Origin: an uncultured Spirochaetota bacterium
Lineage (GTDB): Bacteria; Spirochaetota; Spirochaetia; SZUA-6; Fen-1364
DNA: 64,000 nt
Direction of reading: 5' to 3'
NCBI GenBank assembly: GCA_963745235.1
Contig: CAVUXE010000009.1
Coordinates: 128,001-192,000 of the forward strand
Part shown: positions 9,293-19,128 of the stretch, piece by piece
Layout of the letters: each line of letters opens with the position of its first letter
How positions within the stretch are numbered: the stretch's first letter is position 1
Translations under genes and position numbers: made by a program
Notes under the pieces: generated by a model
What the model saw: only the letters and a program-made list of their open reading frames with translations
The model's database searches: none
What the model was told of the DNA's origin: nothing

Positions 9293-11443
9293 ATGCTCAA
9301 GAACATGAAAATTGGCGGGAAGCTGATCCTCGTCGGGACACTCATCATCGCAATCCCCCTGGTCGCCGTGGCAGTCGTCGTGGTGACGCGGGCCAGCCGG
9401 GCCCTTCAGCAGCTGAACGATCAGCAGCTTGTCAGCCGGGCACAGGAAATTGCCAGGACAATCGAAGGAATGTATTCCGAGGAGCTGAAGGTTGCCTTGA
9501 CCATTGCGCGCGACCCGGTAGTCGTGGCAGCCGCGGAGACAAGCAACGCTCCGGATACGACGAAGCCGCCCAAGGCAAACGGGACCGCGACAGAACGACC
9601 CCTGGGAATTGCGGCGACTCCGGACGCTGCAGCATTTCTGGCCGATATCACGCGGCTGGACGCGACCTACGAGTCTGTCAACCTGGTGGACATGAGCGGC
9701 AACGTGGTTTCCGCGCAGGCCGCAGGCGGGCCGAGCCCGAACCTCGGCCTCATGACGTGCTTCAAGGAGGCAACAGCGGGCCGGACCAACATTGGGTCCG
9801 TGGTCCTCAGCAAGGTCACCGGCAAACCGGTGACTCCCGTGGCTGTCCCCGTGAGCTCCGGTGGAAAGGTGGTCGGGGCCGTCATTCTCATTCCCCGGAT
9901 CGATTTCCTCGGCAACCTTGTCGCCGGAGAACGGGTCGGGCGCACCGGCTACGTGGCCGTTGTCGACAGCGCCGGGATGATCATTGCGCACGCTGACCCT
10001 GGTCTCATCATGAACATGAACATCCTCGAGATGGAAGGGGACCTGGCAAACGACATCGCAACGGTGAAATCCGGGGTTGCTCACTACGTGTTCAAGAATG
10101 TCGAGCGGGAGGCGGCATTTGCGCCGGTGAAAAACACCGGCTGGAGCGTCATCCTGACGCTTCCCTCAAGCGAGTATCTTGCCCCTGTCAAGGATATCCA
10201 GGTTCTTCTGATCGTGATTGCCGCCGCTGCGCTTCTTCTGACCCTGGTGCTCTATCTCCTTTTCGCGCGCTCCATCACTGTTCCCCTCTCCCGTGCGGTG
10301 GCTTTTGCGCAAGCCGTTGCCTCGGGGGACTTCACCCAGCAGCTCCTGATCCATCAGCGGGATGAGGTCGGAGAGCTCGCAGAAGCGCTCAACGGGATGT
10401 CGGTGAAACTGTCCGCCATGGTAGCCGCGGTCCAGCAGGACGCCGTGGAGCTTGCCTCGTCCAGCACCCGGATCTCGGACAGCGCGCAGAAGCTCTCCGA
10501 GGGGGCGCAGACCCAGGCCTCCACCATCGACAGAACCAGCGCATCCATGGAGGAGCTGAGCGCATCCGTTGAGCGCGTGGCGGAGCACGCGCAGTCGCAG
10601 GCGGCGGCCGCAGAACAGGGCACAAGCTCAATGATGCAGGCCCTCGCCACCATCGAGAGTGTATCCGGGAGCCTCCGGGAGATCTCGGAGCTTGCCAGGA
10701 AATCCGTGGACAGCGCCTCAGCAGGCACGCAGGCGGTGCAGTCCGTGGTCGAAGGCATCAGCACGATTGCAAGCGGTTCGGAGCGCATTGCGGGCATCCT
10801 GACCCTCATTGCCGACATCGCCGACCAGACGAACCTTCTGGCGCTCAATGCCTCCATCGAGGCTGCCCGGGCGGGCGAGCACGGACGAGGATTCGCCGTT
10901 GTGGCCTCGGAGGTGAGCAAGCTCGCAGACAGGAGCTCCTCGTCAACGAGGGAGATCGATTCGCTGATCCGGGAAAGCATTCGCAACGTGACAAAAGGCG
11001 TGGAGACGGCCCGGAGCTCCGAGAAGGCCATGGAGCAGATTCGTGACTCGTCTCAACAGGTCAACGAGATGATAGAACGGGTCTCCGAGTCCATGGGCAC
11101 ACAGGTCAACGCCATCAAGGAGCTCGCAAAGGCCCTGGAGAATGTCAGCGAGATGAGCCGGAACATTTCTGCCTCTACAGAGGAGCAGACCTCCAATGCG
11201 CGGGAGATGTCGCAGGCACTGGAGGGGATCAACGAGATCACGCAGACCTCGGCGTCCGCCGCGGAGGAAATGTCGGCCTCCACGGACCGGCTATCCGGCA
11301 TGGCCAAGGAGCTGCAAAGGCTCGTTGTCCAGTTCAGGATCCGGGCGGAAGGGGGAGCGCCGGCAGCAGAGACTCTCCCTCCCGAAGAAAGCGGGGCGCC
11401 GCCGCTCCTCCCCGGCGCAGGCAGCCCACCCTCGCCAGCGTGA
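9293..11443 (+). CDS. Methyl-accepting chemotaxis protein with dCache sensor and HAMP
   Basis: Two TM segments, a Cache-like region ([15 protein letters not shown]), HAMP (RDEVGELA) and the [30 protein letters not shown] signature. Confidence 0.95.
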   Translation: MLKNMKIGGKLILVGTLIIAIPLVAVAVVVVTRASRALQQLNDQQLVSRAQEIARTIEGMYSEELKVALTIARDPVVVAAAETSNAPDTTKPPKANGTATERPLGIAATPDAAAFLADITRLDATYESVNLVDMSGNVVSAQAAGGPSPNLGLMTCFKEATAGRTNIGSVVLSKVTGKPVTPVAVPVSSGGKVVGAVILIPRIDFLGNLVAGERVGRTGYVAVVDSAGMIIAHADPGLIMNMNILEMEGDLANDIATVKSGVAHYVFKNVEREAAFAPVKNTGWSVILTLPSSEYLAPVKDIQVLLIVIAAAALLLTLVLYLLFARSITVPLSRAVAFAQAVASGDFTQQLLIHQRDEVGELAEALNGMSVKLSAMVAAVQQDAVELASSSTRISDSAQKLSEGAQTQASTIDRTSASMEELSASVERVAEHAQSQAAAAEQGTSSMMQALATIESVSGSLREISELARKSVDSASAGTQAVQSVVEGISTIASGSERIAGILTLIADIADQTNLLALNASIEAARAGEHGRGFAVVASEVSKLADRSSSSTREIDSLIRESIRNVTKGVETARSSEKAMEQIRDSSQQVNEMIERVSESMGTQVNAIKELAKALENVSEMSRNISASTEEQTSNAREMSQALEGINEITQTSASAAEEMSASTDRLSGMAKELQRLVVQFRIRAEGGAPAAETLPPEESGAPPLLPGAGSPPSPA

Positions 11444-12460
11444 GTGAGGGACTCCGTGAAAGCGGTCATCATTGGCACGAGCGGTCACATCGACCTTGCC
11501 CTCGAGGTCCGCGACAGGCTGCCGCAGCTGAGCTTCGTGGGGATTGCGCCCGGCTCGGCTGACGAAGACACGCGGGATTTCTTCCTGGACAGGCTGGAGA
11601 AATCCCTGATCCCCTTCTATGAGGATTACCGGCGGATGCTGGACAGAGAGAAGCCGCATGTCGCCGTGGTGGCCCCTTTCTTCTTCCTGCAGTCCGCCGT
11701 TGCCTGCGACTGCATGGAGCGCGGCATCCACGTCTTCGTTGAAAAACCAATGGCGGTTTCCCTGGAGCAGCTGGAGCGGCTTCGCCGGGCGCACGCCCGC
11801 GCCCGGGTGGCCCTTTGTCCCATGCTTGAGTCCCGGTATCGGCCTGAGTTCCACGCCGCGTATCGGGCCGTCAGGGAGGGACTGATCGGGGAGCCCCTGC
11901 TGATCACCGCACAGAAGTCGTACAAGCTGGGCGCGCGCCATGCAATGTACACGCACCGTGCCACCTATGGAGGCACCATACCCTGGGTCGCCATACACGC
12001 AATCGACTGGATCCAATGGTTCAGCGGCGGAAAGATTACCGAGATCGCAGCGCGCCAGACCGCGCGGGGCAACCTGGGTCACGGCGAGCTGGAAAGCTCA
12101 GGCGCCTGCCTCTTTCGGCTCTCCAACTCCGGCACGGGGATCGTGAGCTTTGACTACTTCCGGCCCACATCCGCTCCGACGCATGGAGAGGACAGGCTGC
12201 GCGTGGCGGGGGAAAAGGGGGTCGTGGAGATTGCCGCCGGAGAGGCCACTGTGTGCACCGGCGACGCCCCTCGCCTTCCGCTTGCGAAGGATGAGCCGGT
12301 ATCGATTTTCCAGGAGTTCATCCGGCACATCGAGGCGGGGGTGCCTCTGCGCATGAGCGCGGAGGAGGCCTTCGCGGTGAGCGAGCTCAGCCTTCGCGCG
12401 CGGGAAGCTGCTGACACCGGGACGAGCATCCGGGTGAAGGGATGGGAGGAAAAGCAGTGA
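11444..12460 (+). CDS. Gfo/Idh/MocA family oxidoreductase
   Basis: IIGTSGH, HVFVEKPMA and GGTIPWVAIHAID. Confidence 0.9.
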   Translation: MRDSVKAVIIGTSGHIDLALEVRDRLPQLSFVGIAPGSADEDTRDFFLDRLEKSLIPFYEDYRRMLDREKPHVAVVAPFFFLQSAVACDCMERGIHVFVEKPMAVSLEQLERLRRAHARARVALCPMLESRYRPEFHAAYRAVREGLIGEPLLITAQKSYKLGARHAMYTHRATYGGTIPWVAIHAIDWIQWFSGGKITEIAARQTARGNLGHGELESSGACLFRLSNSGTGIVSFDYFRPTSAPTHGEDRLRVAGEKGVVEIAAGEATVCTGDAPRLPLAKDEPVSIFQEFIRHIEAGVPLRMSAEEAFAVSELSLRAREAADTGTSIRVKGWEEKQ

Positions 12461-13424
12461 GAAAAAGGAAGCTGGGAAGCCGGGGCCGGAGATCACGGTG
12501 ATCGGGCTGGGAACGTGGGCCATCGGCGGCGCCGGGTGGCAGTACGCGTGGGGCGCCCAGGATGACAGGGATTCCATTGCTGCCATCCACAGGGCGGCGG
12601 AGCTGGGCATCAACTGGATCGATACGGCGGCTGTCTATGGCCTTGGACATTCCGAGGAGGTGGTCGGGAAAGCGCTGGCGGGGCGCCGGGAAAAGGTCAT
12701 GATCGCGACGAAGTGCGGCCGGACGTGGGACCCCGGCAGCAGCGAGATTGTGGGCAGGCTGTCGGCGGCCAGCATTCGAAAAGAGCTGGAGAATAGCCTG
12801 CGAAGGCTCGCCACGGATTACATCGACCTGTACCAGATCCACTGGCCGCGGCCCGAACACAACATCGAGGAAGGCTGGAACGAGATTGCAAGGGCGGTAA
12901 AGGAAGGCAAGGTCAGGTTTGCGGGGGTTTCCAACTTTTCCGTGGAGCAGCTGCGGCGCATCCATGCCATACACCCGGTCACCTCGCTCCAGCCGCCCTA
13001 CAGCATGCTGCGCCGTGAGACGGAGAGGGAGCTCCTTCCCTTCTGCAGGGACAACGGGATCGGCGTGATTGTCTACAGCCCGATGCAGATGGGGCTTCTC
13101 AGCGGAGCGTTCACTCGTGAGCGTGCCGCGCGCCTGGCCGCGGACGACCTTCGCGCCCGCAATCCCTATTTCACCGAACCCGCGCTGGGCCTGAACCTCG
13201 CGCTGGTGGACACGCTGAAGCCAATTGCCCGGCGCAACGGCCGAAGCATGGCGGAGCTCGCCCTTGCGTGGGTCCTGCGCCGGCCCGAGGTGACCGCGGC
13301 GATTGTCGGCGGACGTCGGCCAGAGCAGGTCGGAGAGACCGCCGGCGCTGCTGACTGGGACCTCACCGCGGCTGAAGTTGCCGAGATAGAGGCGCTCCTG
13401 GCGGCGCGGGAAGCCAGGGGATAG
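12457..13424 (+). CDS. Aldo/keto reductase; frameshift near 12485
   Basis: IGLGTWAIGG, DTAAVYG, IDLYQIHWP and LQPPYS. The natural start MRKRKLGS at GTG 12457 is out of frame with ORF 12498. Confidence 0.92.
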
Positions 13425-13439
13425 GGGCCCGGAGCCCTC

Positions 13440-13468
13440 TTGCGTCTTGCGCCAATCCGGTATATAAT
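13440..13468 (+). promoter_or_regulatory. sigma70-type promoter of the MarR operon
   Basis: TTGCGT (13440-45), 17 bp spacer, TATAAT (13463-68). Confidence 0.75.
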
Positions 13469-13484
13469 TGCTACTAGCAATTAT
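13464..13484. promoter_or_regulatory. Putative MarR operator
   Basis: Perfect 10-1-10 inverted repeat ATAATTGCTA-C-TAGCAATTAT overlapping the -10 and predicted +1. Confidence 0.75.
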
Positions 13485-13513
13485 TGATAGATGCAAACAA
13501 GGGGCGTGCATCC

Positions 13514-13957
13514 ATGGCGGAAGCGCAGAAGCGTTTCATCGACTACATCATCGAGCTGAAGACGCGTTGTCACTTCGAGGAAGAGATCGGCGAAGAGTGC
13601 CGCCTTGCGCCGCGCGAGGTGAGCTGCCTGAGCGCCCTCTCCCCCGGAGAAAGCGTCTCCGCGGGGGAGCTTGCCGGGCGCATGGGCCTGTCTCCCTCCC
13701 GCGCCAGCAGGCTCATCATGGCCCTGCGGACAAAGGGGATGGTCCTGGAGACCTTCGATGCCATTGACAGGCGCGCTGTCTCGATCTCCCTCACCCCCGC
13801 GGGGGAGAGGCTCGCGCTCAGGATCGAGCTGAAGAAGGACGAATGCGAAAAGCGTCTCCTTGGCGCCTTCAACCGCGAGCAGTTGCGGACTGTCCGAGAC
13901 GGGCTGGCCACCCTGAGCATCGCTTTTCAAGGAGGAGATCATGGAAGAGTTGGTTGA
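13514..13957 (+). CDS. MarR family transcriptional regulator with 4 Cys
   Basis: wHTH ELAGRMGLSPSRASRLIMAL and wing DRRAVSISLTPAG. Confidence 0.92.
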   Translation: MAEAQKRFIDYIIELKTRCHFEEEIGEECRLAPREVSCLSALSPGESVSAGELAGRMGLSPSRASRLIMALRTKGMVLETFDAIDRRAVSISLTPAGERLALRIELKKDECEKRLLGAFNREQLRTVRDGLATLSIAFQGGDHGRVG

Positions 13958-14600
13958 TGCGGTGCGCGCCCGCTACGACACGTTGTCGCAGCAGGCCTGC
14001 TGCCTGTCCTGCGGCGGGGCGGTGAGCTACGGCAAAGCAGAGTCCGGCGAGATCTGCGTGGACCTGGGGAGCGGACAGGGGCGCGACGTCCTGCGCCTGG
14101 CGGGGGAAGTCGGTGAGCGGGGCCACGCGTATGGAATTGACGCGTCTGACGGAATGCTGAAGAAATCCCGCGCAAGCGCAGAGAGGCTCGGGGTGGCAAA
14201 CGCCACCTTTCTCAAGGCGGACCTGCATCGTATCCCTCTCGAGTCGGACAGCGTGGATCTCGTCATCTCCAACTGCACCATCAACCACGCGGCGGACAAG
14301 CAGGCGGTGTGGAACGAGATATTCCGCATTTTGGCCCCCGGCGGGAGGTTCGTGGTGAGCGACATCTATTCGACGAACGAAGTCCCGGCAAAGTTCGCGA
14401 ACGACCCCGCGGCCATCGCGGAATGCTGGGCGGGGGCCGTGACGCGGGAGGAGTATTTCAGCCAGCTCGAGCGCGCCGGCTTCGACACGGTGGCCGTCCG
14501 CGAGGAAAGCGCGCCGTATGCCAAGGGCGAAATCGAAGTCGTCAGCCTGACGATTTCGGGCACAAAGCCGCGCCGCAGATGCTGCTGTCGCGGCCAATAA
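13941..14600 (+). CDS. Arsenite methyltransferase (ArsM)-like SAM methyltransferase
   Basis: CCLSCG, VDLGSGQGRD, DLVISNCTIN, PGGRFVVSD, AECWAGA and C-terminal RRRCCCRGQ; RBS AAGGAGG. Confidence 0.8.
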   Translation: MEELVDAVRARYDTLSQQACCLSCGGAVSYGKAESGEICVDLGSGQGRDVLRLAGEVGERGHAYGIDASDGMLKKSRASAERLGVANATFLKADLHRIPLESDSVDLVISNCTINHAADKQAVWNEIFRILAPGGRFVVSDIYSTNEVPAKFANDPAAIAECWAGAVTREEYFSQLERAGFDTVAVREESAPYAKGEIEVVSLTISGTKPRRRCCCRGQ

Positions 14601-14619
14601 CACAAGGAGGAGGCGAGAC

Positions 14620-14715
14620 ATGAAATCTCTCATCAGACCGAAGAAAGCGGCCGGGGCTTGCGTTGCCCAGTGCTGCGCCAAGATCTCTACGGTCGTCGCC
14701 GGCTGCCACGACTAA
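14620..14715 (+). CDS. 31-aa Cys-rich peptide, putative RiPP precursor (MKSLIRPKKAAGACVAQCCAKISTVVAGCHD)
   Basis: Strong RBS AAGGAGGAGG, ATG 14620 and TAA 14713-15. Lies directly upstream of a radical SAM/SPASM gene and is absent from the ORF track. Confidence 0.85.
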   Translation: MKSLIRPKKAAGACVAQCCAKISTVVAGCHD

Positions 14716-14726
14716 TGCCGGTGCGC

Positions 14727-14754
14727 GGGCCCTCGGGGCGCATGCCCCGGGGCC
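14727..14754 (+). other. GC-rich stem-loop between the peptide and radical SAM genes
   Basis: GGCCCTCGGGGC-GCAT-GCCCCGGGGCC inverted repeat with no U-tract; boundaries approximate. Confidence 0.55.
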
Positions 14755-14776
14755 TGCCTTGAAAGGCTTCAAAGAC

Positions 14777-16090
14777 ATGGTGCTGTCGCGTCACAACATC
14801 ACGGGACGACTGAAGGACTCCGAGGGTTCCTTCATCATCAACCCTCTTTCCCGCAGCGCGGACCTTCTGAGCCCCGAGAGGGCCGGGGAGCTGGCCTCCG
14901 GCACTTTCTCCAATCCACGGGAGCTGGCCGAAAAGGGGTACCTGGTCGATCCTGACGAGGAAACCCGCAATTTCCGCGCTGCATACCTGGATTTCCTCGA
15001 CTCGCGGGATCATGGAGAGACCCAGCTTTTTTTCGTTCCCTGGTACTCCTGCAACTTCGCCTGCCCCTACTGCTACCAGGAGGGGTATGCCGCCCAATCA
15101 GGCGTGCTAGGGGATGAGGTGAGCGAGGCGTTTTTCAATTACGTCGGGAAGGAGTTCGCCGGCGGTCCGTCTATGTGACTCTCTTCGGAGGGGAGCCCCT
15201 CCTGCCGGGCGACCGGGCGCGGAAAAGCATCCAAAGGTTTCTCGACCTGGCAGCGGCGCAAAGCCTTTCGGTTGCCGTGGTAACCAACGGGTACATGCTT
15301 CGCGACTACCTGGAGACATTGCAGCGTGCGGCCATTCGTGAGGTCCAGGTGACCCTGGACGGGGTGGGCGGCCTGCATGACCGCAGGAGACCGCTGCGGG
15401 GCGGCTTGCCCACTTTCCAGCCGATTGTCGATGGGGTCGACGAGGCGCTGAAGCGCGGCATTCCCATCAACCTGCGGGTCGTGCTGGACCGGGAGAACAT
15501 CCACGGCCTGCCGGAGCTGGCGCGATTCGCCCGGGACCGGGGCTGGACCGGGAATCCTCTCTTCAAGACGCAGCTGGGGCGAAATTACGAGCTTCACACC
15601 TGCCAGGCGGATCCCGGCAGGCTCTACACCCGCGTGGAGCTCTACCAGGAGCTCTCCACCCTCGCTTCCCAGCATCCCGAAGTCATTCGAGCTCCACCGG
15701 CCGGCATTCTCCCTGGCAAAGTTCCTCTGGGAGAACGGGGAGCTGCCCGCGCCCTTGTTCGACTCCTGTCCCGGCTGCAAGACGGAATGGGCGTTCGACT
15801 ACGCCGGCCGCATCTATTCCTGCACTGCGACCGTCGGCAAGGTCGGAGACGAGCTGGGGACATTCTATCCGCAGGTGAGCAGGCGGGATGACCTGATCGA
15901 GGAGTGGCAGCAGCGGGACGTGACATCGATCCCGGAGTGCCGCACCTGCAATCTCCAACTGGCCTGCGGAGGCGGGTGCGCGGCAGTTGCCCGCAACCGG
16001 GAGGGCAGGCTGAACGCCCCTGACTGCCGTCCGGTGAAAGAGCTGCTGGAAATGGGGTTGTCACTCTATTTTGGAAAGGAATACGAATGA
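14777..16090 (+). CDS. Radical SAM/SPASM peptide maturase-type protein; frameshifts near 15170 and 15690
   Basis: CNFACPYC, TLFGGEPLL, VVTNGY, QVTLDG and SPASM cysteines (SCPGC...IYSC...CRTCNLQLACGGGC...PDC) spread over three consecutive ORF fragments. Confidence 0.9.
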
Positions 16091-17373
16091 TGGCTGCAAT
16101 GGTTCACGAGATCGCGGCGGACCAGTATGAAAAGGAAGTTCTGGCAGGAGGAAAGGTCGTCCTTGACTTCTACTCCACCGAGTGTCCGCCCTGCGAGGCG
16201 CTGGCGTCCAAGTACGAGGGGCTCGCCCGGATCTACGGGGAGGACGTGCGGTTCCTGAAGATTTTCCGACAGGGGAACAAGGCGCTCGCGGAAACACTTG
16301 GCGTGGCAAGCTCGCCCACTCTTTTGTTCTACGACGGGGGGAAGCGGCTCGAAGGTCAGCTGAGCGGCGGAATTCGACGCTCGCAGATCGCCGAGCGGCT
16401 GGACCAGATGCTCCCTCCCAGCCGCGTTCAGGAGCTGCGGGGAAAGGTCACCCCGGTCGTCACCGACTGTGACGCCCTCATCCTGGGCGGCGGTCCTGCC
16501 GGCCTGACCGCCGGGATCTACCTCGCACAGGCGCACCTGAAGACCGTGATCGTGGACACCGCGCTTCCCGGCGGATTCGTTGCAACCACACACCAGGTTT
16601 CCAACTACCCGGGGTTCCCTGACCCTTTGAACGGCTACATGCTTTCCCATTTCATGAGCGAACAGGCAAAGAAAGCGGGGGTTGTTTTCCGCGCAGCCGC
16701 GGATGTGGCCGCCCTGGACCTCGAAAGAAAAACAGTCCTCCTCGACGGCTATGAGACGGTCCGGGCACGCACGGTCATACTCGCCACGGGCTCCACCCCG
16801 CGGCCGCTGGGAATCCCCGGGGAAAAGGAGCACAGGGGCCGCGGCATTTCCTACTGCGCCACGTGTGACGCGAAGTTCTACGAGGGAAAAGACGTGGTGG
16901 TCATAGGCGGAGGCAATTCCGCCGTGGAGGAATCCCTTTTCATTGCGAGGTTCGCCCGCAAGCTCACCGTTGTCCACCAGTTTGCCCAGCTCCAGGCCAA
17001 CAAGGAGGCCCAGAAGAAGGCCTTCGACAACCCGCGGGTCGATTTTCTCTTCGAGCACGAGCCCCGGGCGTTCATCCGTCACGCGGACATGGACATGGAG
17101 GTGATCGTGGAGAACCTGCGGGATCATTCAATCAGAGGGCTTCGCTCGAACGGCGTGTTCGTCTTCGTGGGTTTCATACCGAATGTCCTCCCCTTCGACG
17201 GCGAGTGCAATCGGGATGCAGCGGGGTACATCGTCACTGACGAGAAGATGCGTGCCAGCCTTCCCGGCGTCTACGCCGTGGGGGACGTGCGGTCGAAACC
17301 TTACCGCCAGATTACCACGGCGACAGCCGATGGCACGATTGCCGCCATCGCCATTTCCCAGGAGTTGGCATAG
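16087..17373 (+). CDS. trxB: Thioredoxin domain fused to thioredoxin reductase
   Basis: N-terminal DFYSTECPPC, then GGGPAG, GISYCATCD, VIGGGNSA and YAVGDVR. Confidence 0.9.
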   Translation: MMAAMVHEIAADQYEKEVLAGGKVVLDFYSTECPPCEALASKYEGLARIYGEDVRFLKIFRQGNKALAETLGVASSPTLLFYDGGKRLEGQLSGGIRRSQIAERLDQMLPPSRVQELRGKVTPVVTDCDALILGGGPAGLTAGIYLAQAHLKTVIVDTALPGGFVATTHQVSNYPGFPDPLNGYMLSHFMSEQAKKAGVVFRAAADVAALDLERKTVLLDGYETVRARTVILATGSTPRPLGIPGEKEHRGRGISYCATCDAKFYEGKDVVVIGGGNSAVEESLFIARFARKLTVVHQFAQLQANKEAQKKAFDNPRVDFLFEHEPRAFIRHADMDMEVIVENLRDHSIRGLRSNGVFVFVGFIPNVLPFDGECNRDAAGYIVTDEKMRASLPGVYAVGDVRSKPYRQITTATADGTIAAIAISQELA

Positions 17374-17433
17374 CGGACCAGGATCGATTCGCGGCCTTGT
17401 TCTGGGCTGCACCAGGTAGATCCGCCCGGTAGT

Positions 17434-17480
17434 GGGAATCCGGATTCCCGTTTTTTCTCATCACGGGAACCCGCGTTCCC
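17434..17480. promoter_or_regulatory. Tandem palindromes, candidate sigma54 enhancer (first copy may also act as a terminator)
   Basis: GGGAATCCGGATTCCC (17434-49, followed by GTTTTTT) and GGGAACCCGCGTTCCC (17465-80), 31 bp apart. Confidence 0.55.
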
Positions 17481-17570
17481 GCTTCCCGGCCGGCCGCTCG
17501 CGGCCTCGTGAAAAAGAGCGCGCCGGCCAGTCTTTTTCGCGCGTTTTTGCCGCTCTTGCGGAGCCTGTCC

Positions 17571-17586
17571 TGGCACAGATCGTGCA
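17571..17586 (+). promoter_or_regulatory. sigma54 (-24/-12) promoter
   Basis: TGGCAC-AGATC-GTGCA with correct GG-N10-GC spacing, upstream of the sugar ABC operon. Confidence 0.7.
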
Positions 17587-17597
17587 TACTGTCGGTA

Positions 17598-19128
17598 ATG
17601 CCCCCGTTGGTCTCAATGAAAAACATTACGAAGCACTTCGGTTCCGTGAAGGTCCTGGACCAGGTTGATTTCGTCATTTACCCGGGCGAGGTGCACATCC
17701 TGGCGGGGGAAAACGGGGCCGGCAAGAGCACCCTCATGAAGATCCTTGCGGGCGCATACGCCGACTACCAGGGCCGAATCGAGATGGAGGGACGGGAGAT
17801 CCGCCCCTCGAGCCCTCTGGACGCCAACCGGCATGGGATTGCGGCCATCCACCAGGAGCTTTCCCTCATCCCGTCCATGACCGTTGCAGACAATCTCTTT
17901 CTCGGCCACCCCATCACCCGAAGGGGCTTTGTTCAGGCGGGAGCCCACCGGCGCAGCGCGGAGGACGTCCTGGGCAGAGCGGGCGTCCGTGCCTCGGTCA
18001 CCTCGCTCGTGGAGGACCTGCCTATCTCGGTGCAGCAGCTCATCGAGATCACCAAGGCCATACGATTGAACGCGCGGGTCCTCATCATGGATGAGCCGTC
18101 AAGCGCCCTGAACGCGCACGATGTGGAAACCCTCTTCGCCCTCGTGCGGCAGCTGAAGGTCGAGAACCGCGGGATAATCTATATCACTCACCGACTTGAG
18201 GAGATCCACCGGCTTGCAGACCGGATCACTGTGCTTCGTGATGGACGGCTCGTGGGCAGCTCTGCGGCTTCCGATCTTCCCGAGAAGAAGCTCATCCGAA
18301 TGGATGGTTGGCCGGGAGATCGAGGAGCAGTTCCCCCGCCACACGCCGCAGATCTCCACCGAGGCGCTGCGGGTGGAAAATCTCTGCGTTCGCGCCGCCA
18401 GCCGCGCTCTGCGTCCCCTGGTGGACCGGGTCTCCCTTGGTGCTTCGCGCGGTGAGATCCTTGGAATCGGCGGGCTGCAGGGCTCCGGTGCCAGCGAGCT
18501 CTTTCTCGGTCTTTTCGGCGCGTTGCCAAAGAGGACGGAAGGGCGGGTGGCCATTGATGGAAAGCCGGTCCGAATCCGATCTCCCCGCGACGCCATTGGG
18601 AACGGCGTCGCCCTGCTGACCAACGACCGCAAGGCCACCGGGCTCATCGCCTCAATGTCGGTGACGGCAAACATGTGCGCGGCCAACATGAGGACCCTGG
18701 CGCCCCGCGGGTGGCGGCATCCGCGCCTGGAAGTCCGGGCGGCCACCGAGATGGGCAGGGCGCTGCAGCTTCGCGCCGCCTCGCTGGACATGGAGGTCGG
18801 GGAGCTCTCCGGCGGCAACCAGCAGAAGGTGGCCATCGGCAAGTGGCTCACGACGAACCCGCGGATCATGCTCCTTGACGAGCCGACCCGCGGAATAGAC
18901 GTGGGCGCCAAGCACGAGATCTACCAGCTCATGAACGACTGGACTGCTCACGGGATCTGCATTCTCCTGGTGACCTCGGAGATGCCCGAGCTTCTCGCCA
19001 TGAGTGACAGGATCGTTGTCATGCACCGGGGGGCCATTACAGCGGAGCTCTCCCGCCAGGAGGCCACCGCTGAGAAAGTCCTGGAGGCGGCCATGGGAAA
19101 GACGAACGGAGGCGGAAATGGTCGGTGA
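17598..19128 (+). CDS. Sugar ABC transporter ATP-binding protein (RbsA/CUT2 type); frameshift near 18300
   Basis: GENGAGKST, IMDEPSS, LSGGNQQKV and LDEPTRGIDVGAK. Confidence 0.92.

Noticed and set aside
14777-16090. Radical SAM gene as arsenosugar ArsS or anaerobic sulfatase maturase
   Set aside because: It has a SPASM Cys pattern, an N-terminal extension and an adjacent peptide, and no sulfatase lies nearby. An HMM check is still advisable.
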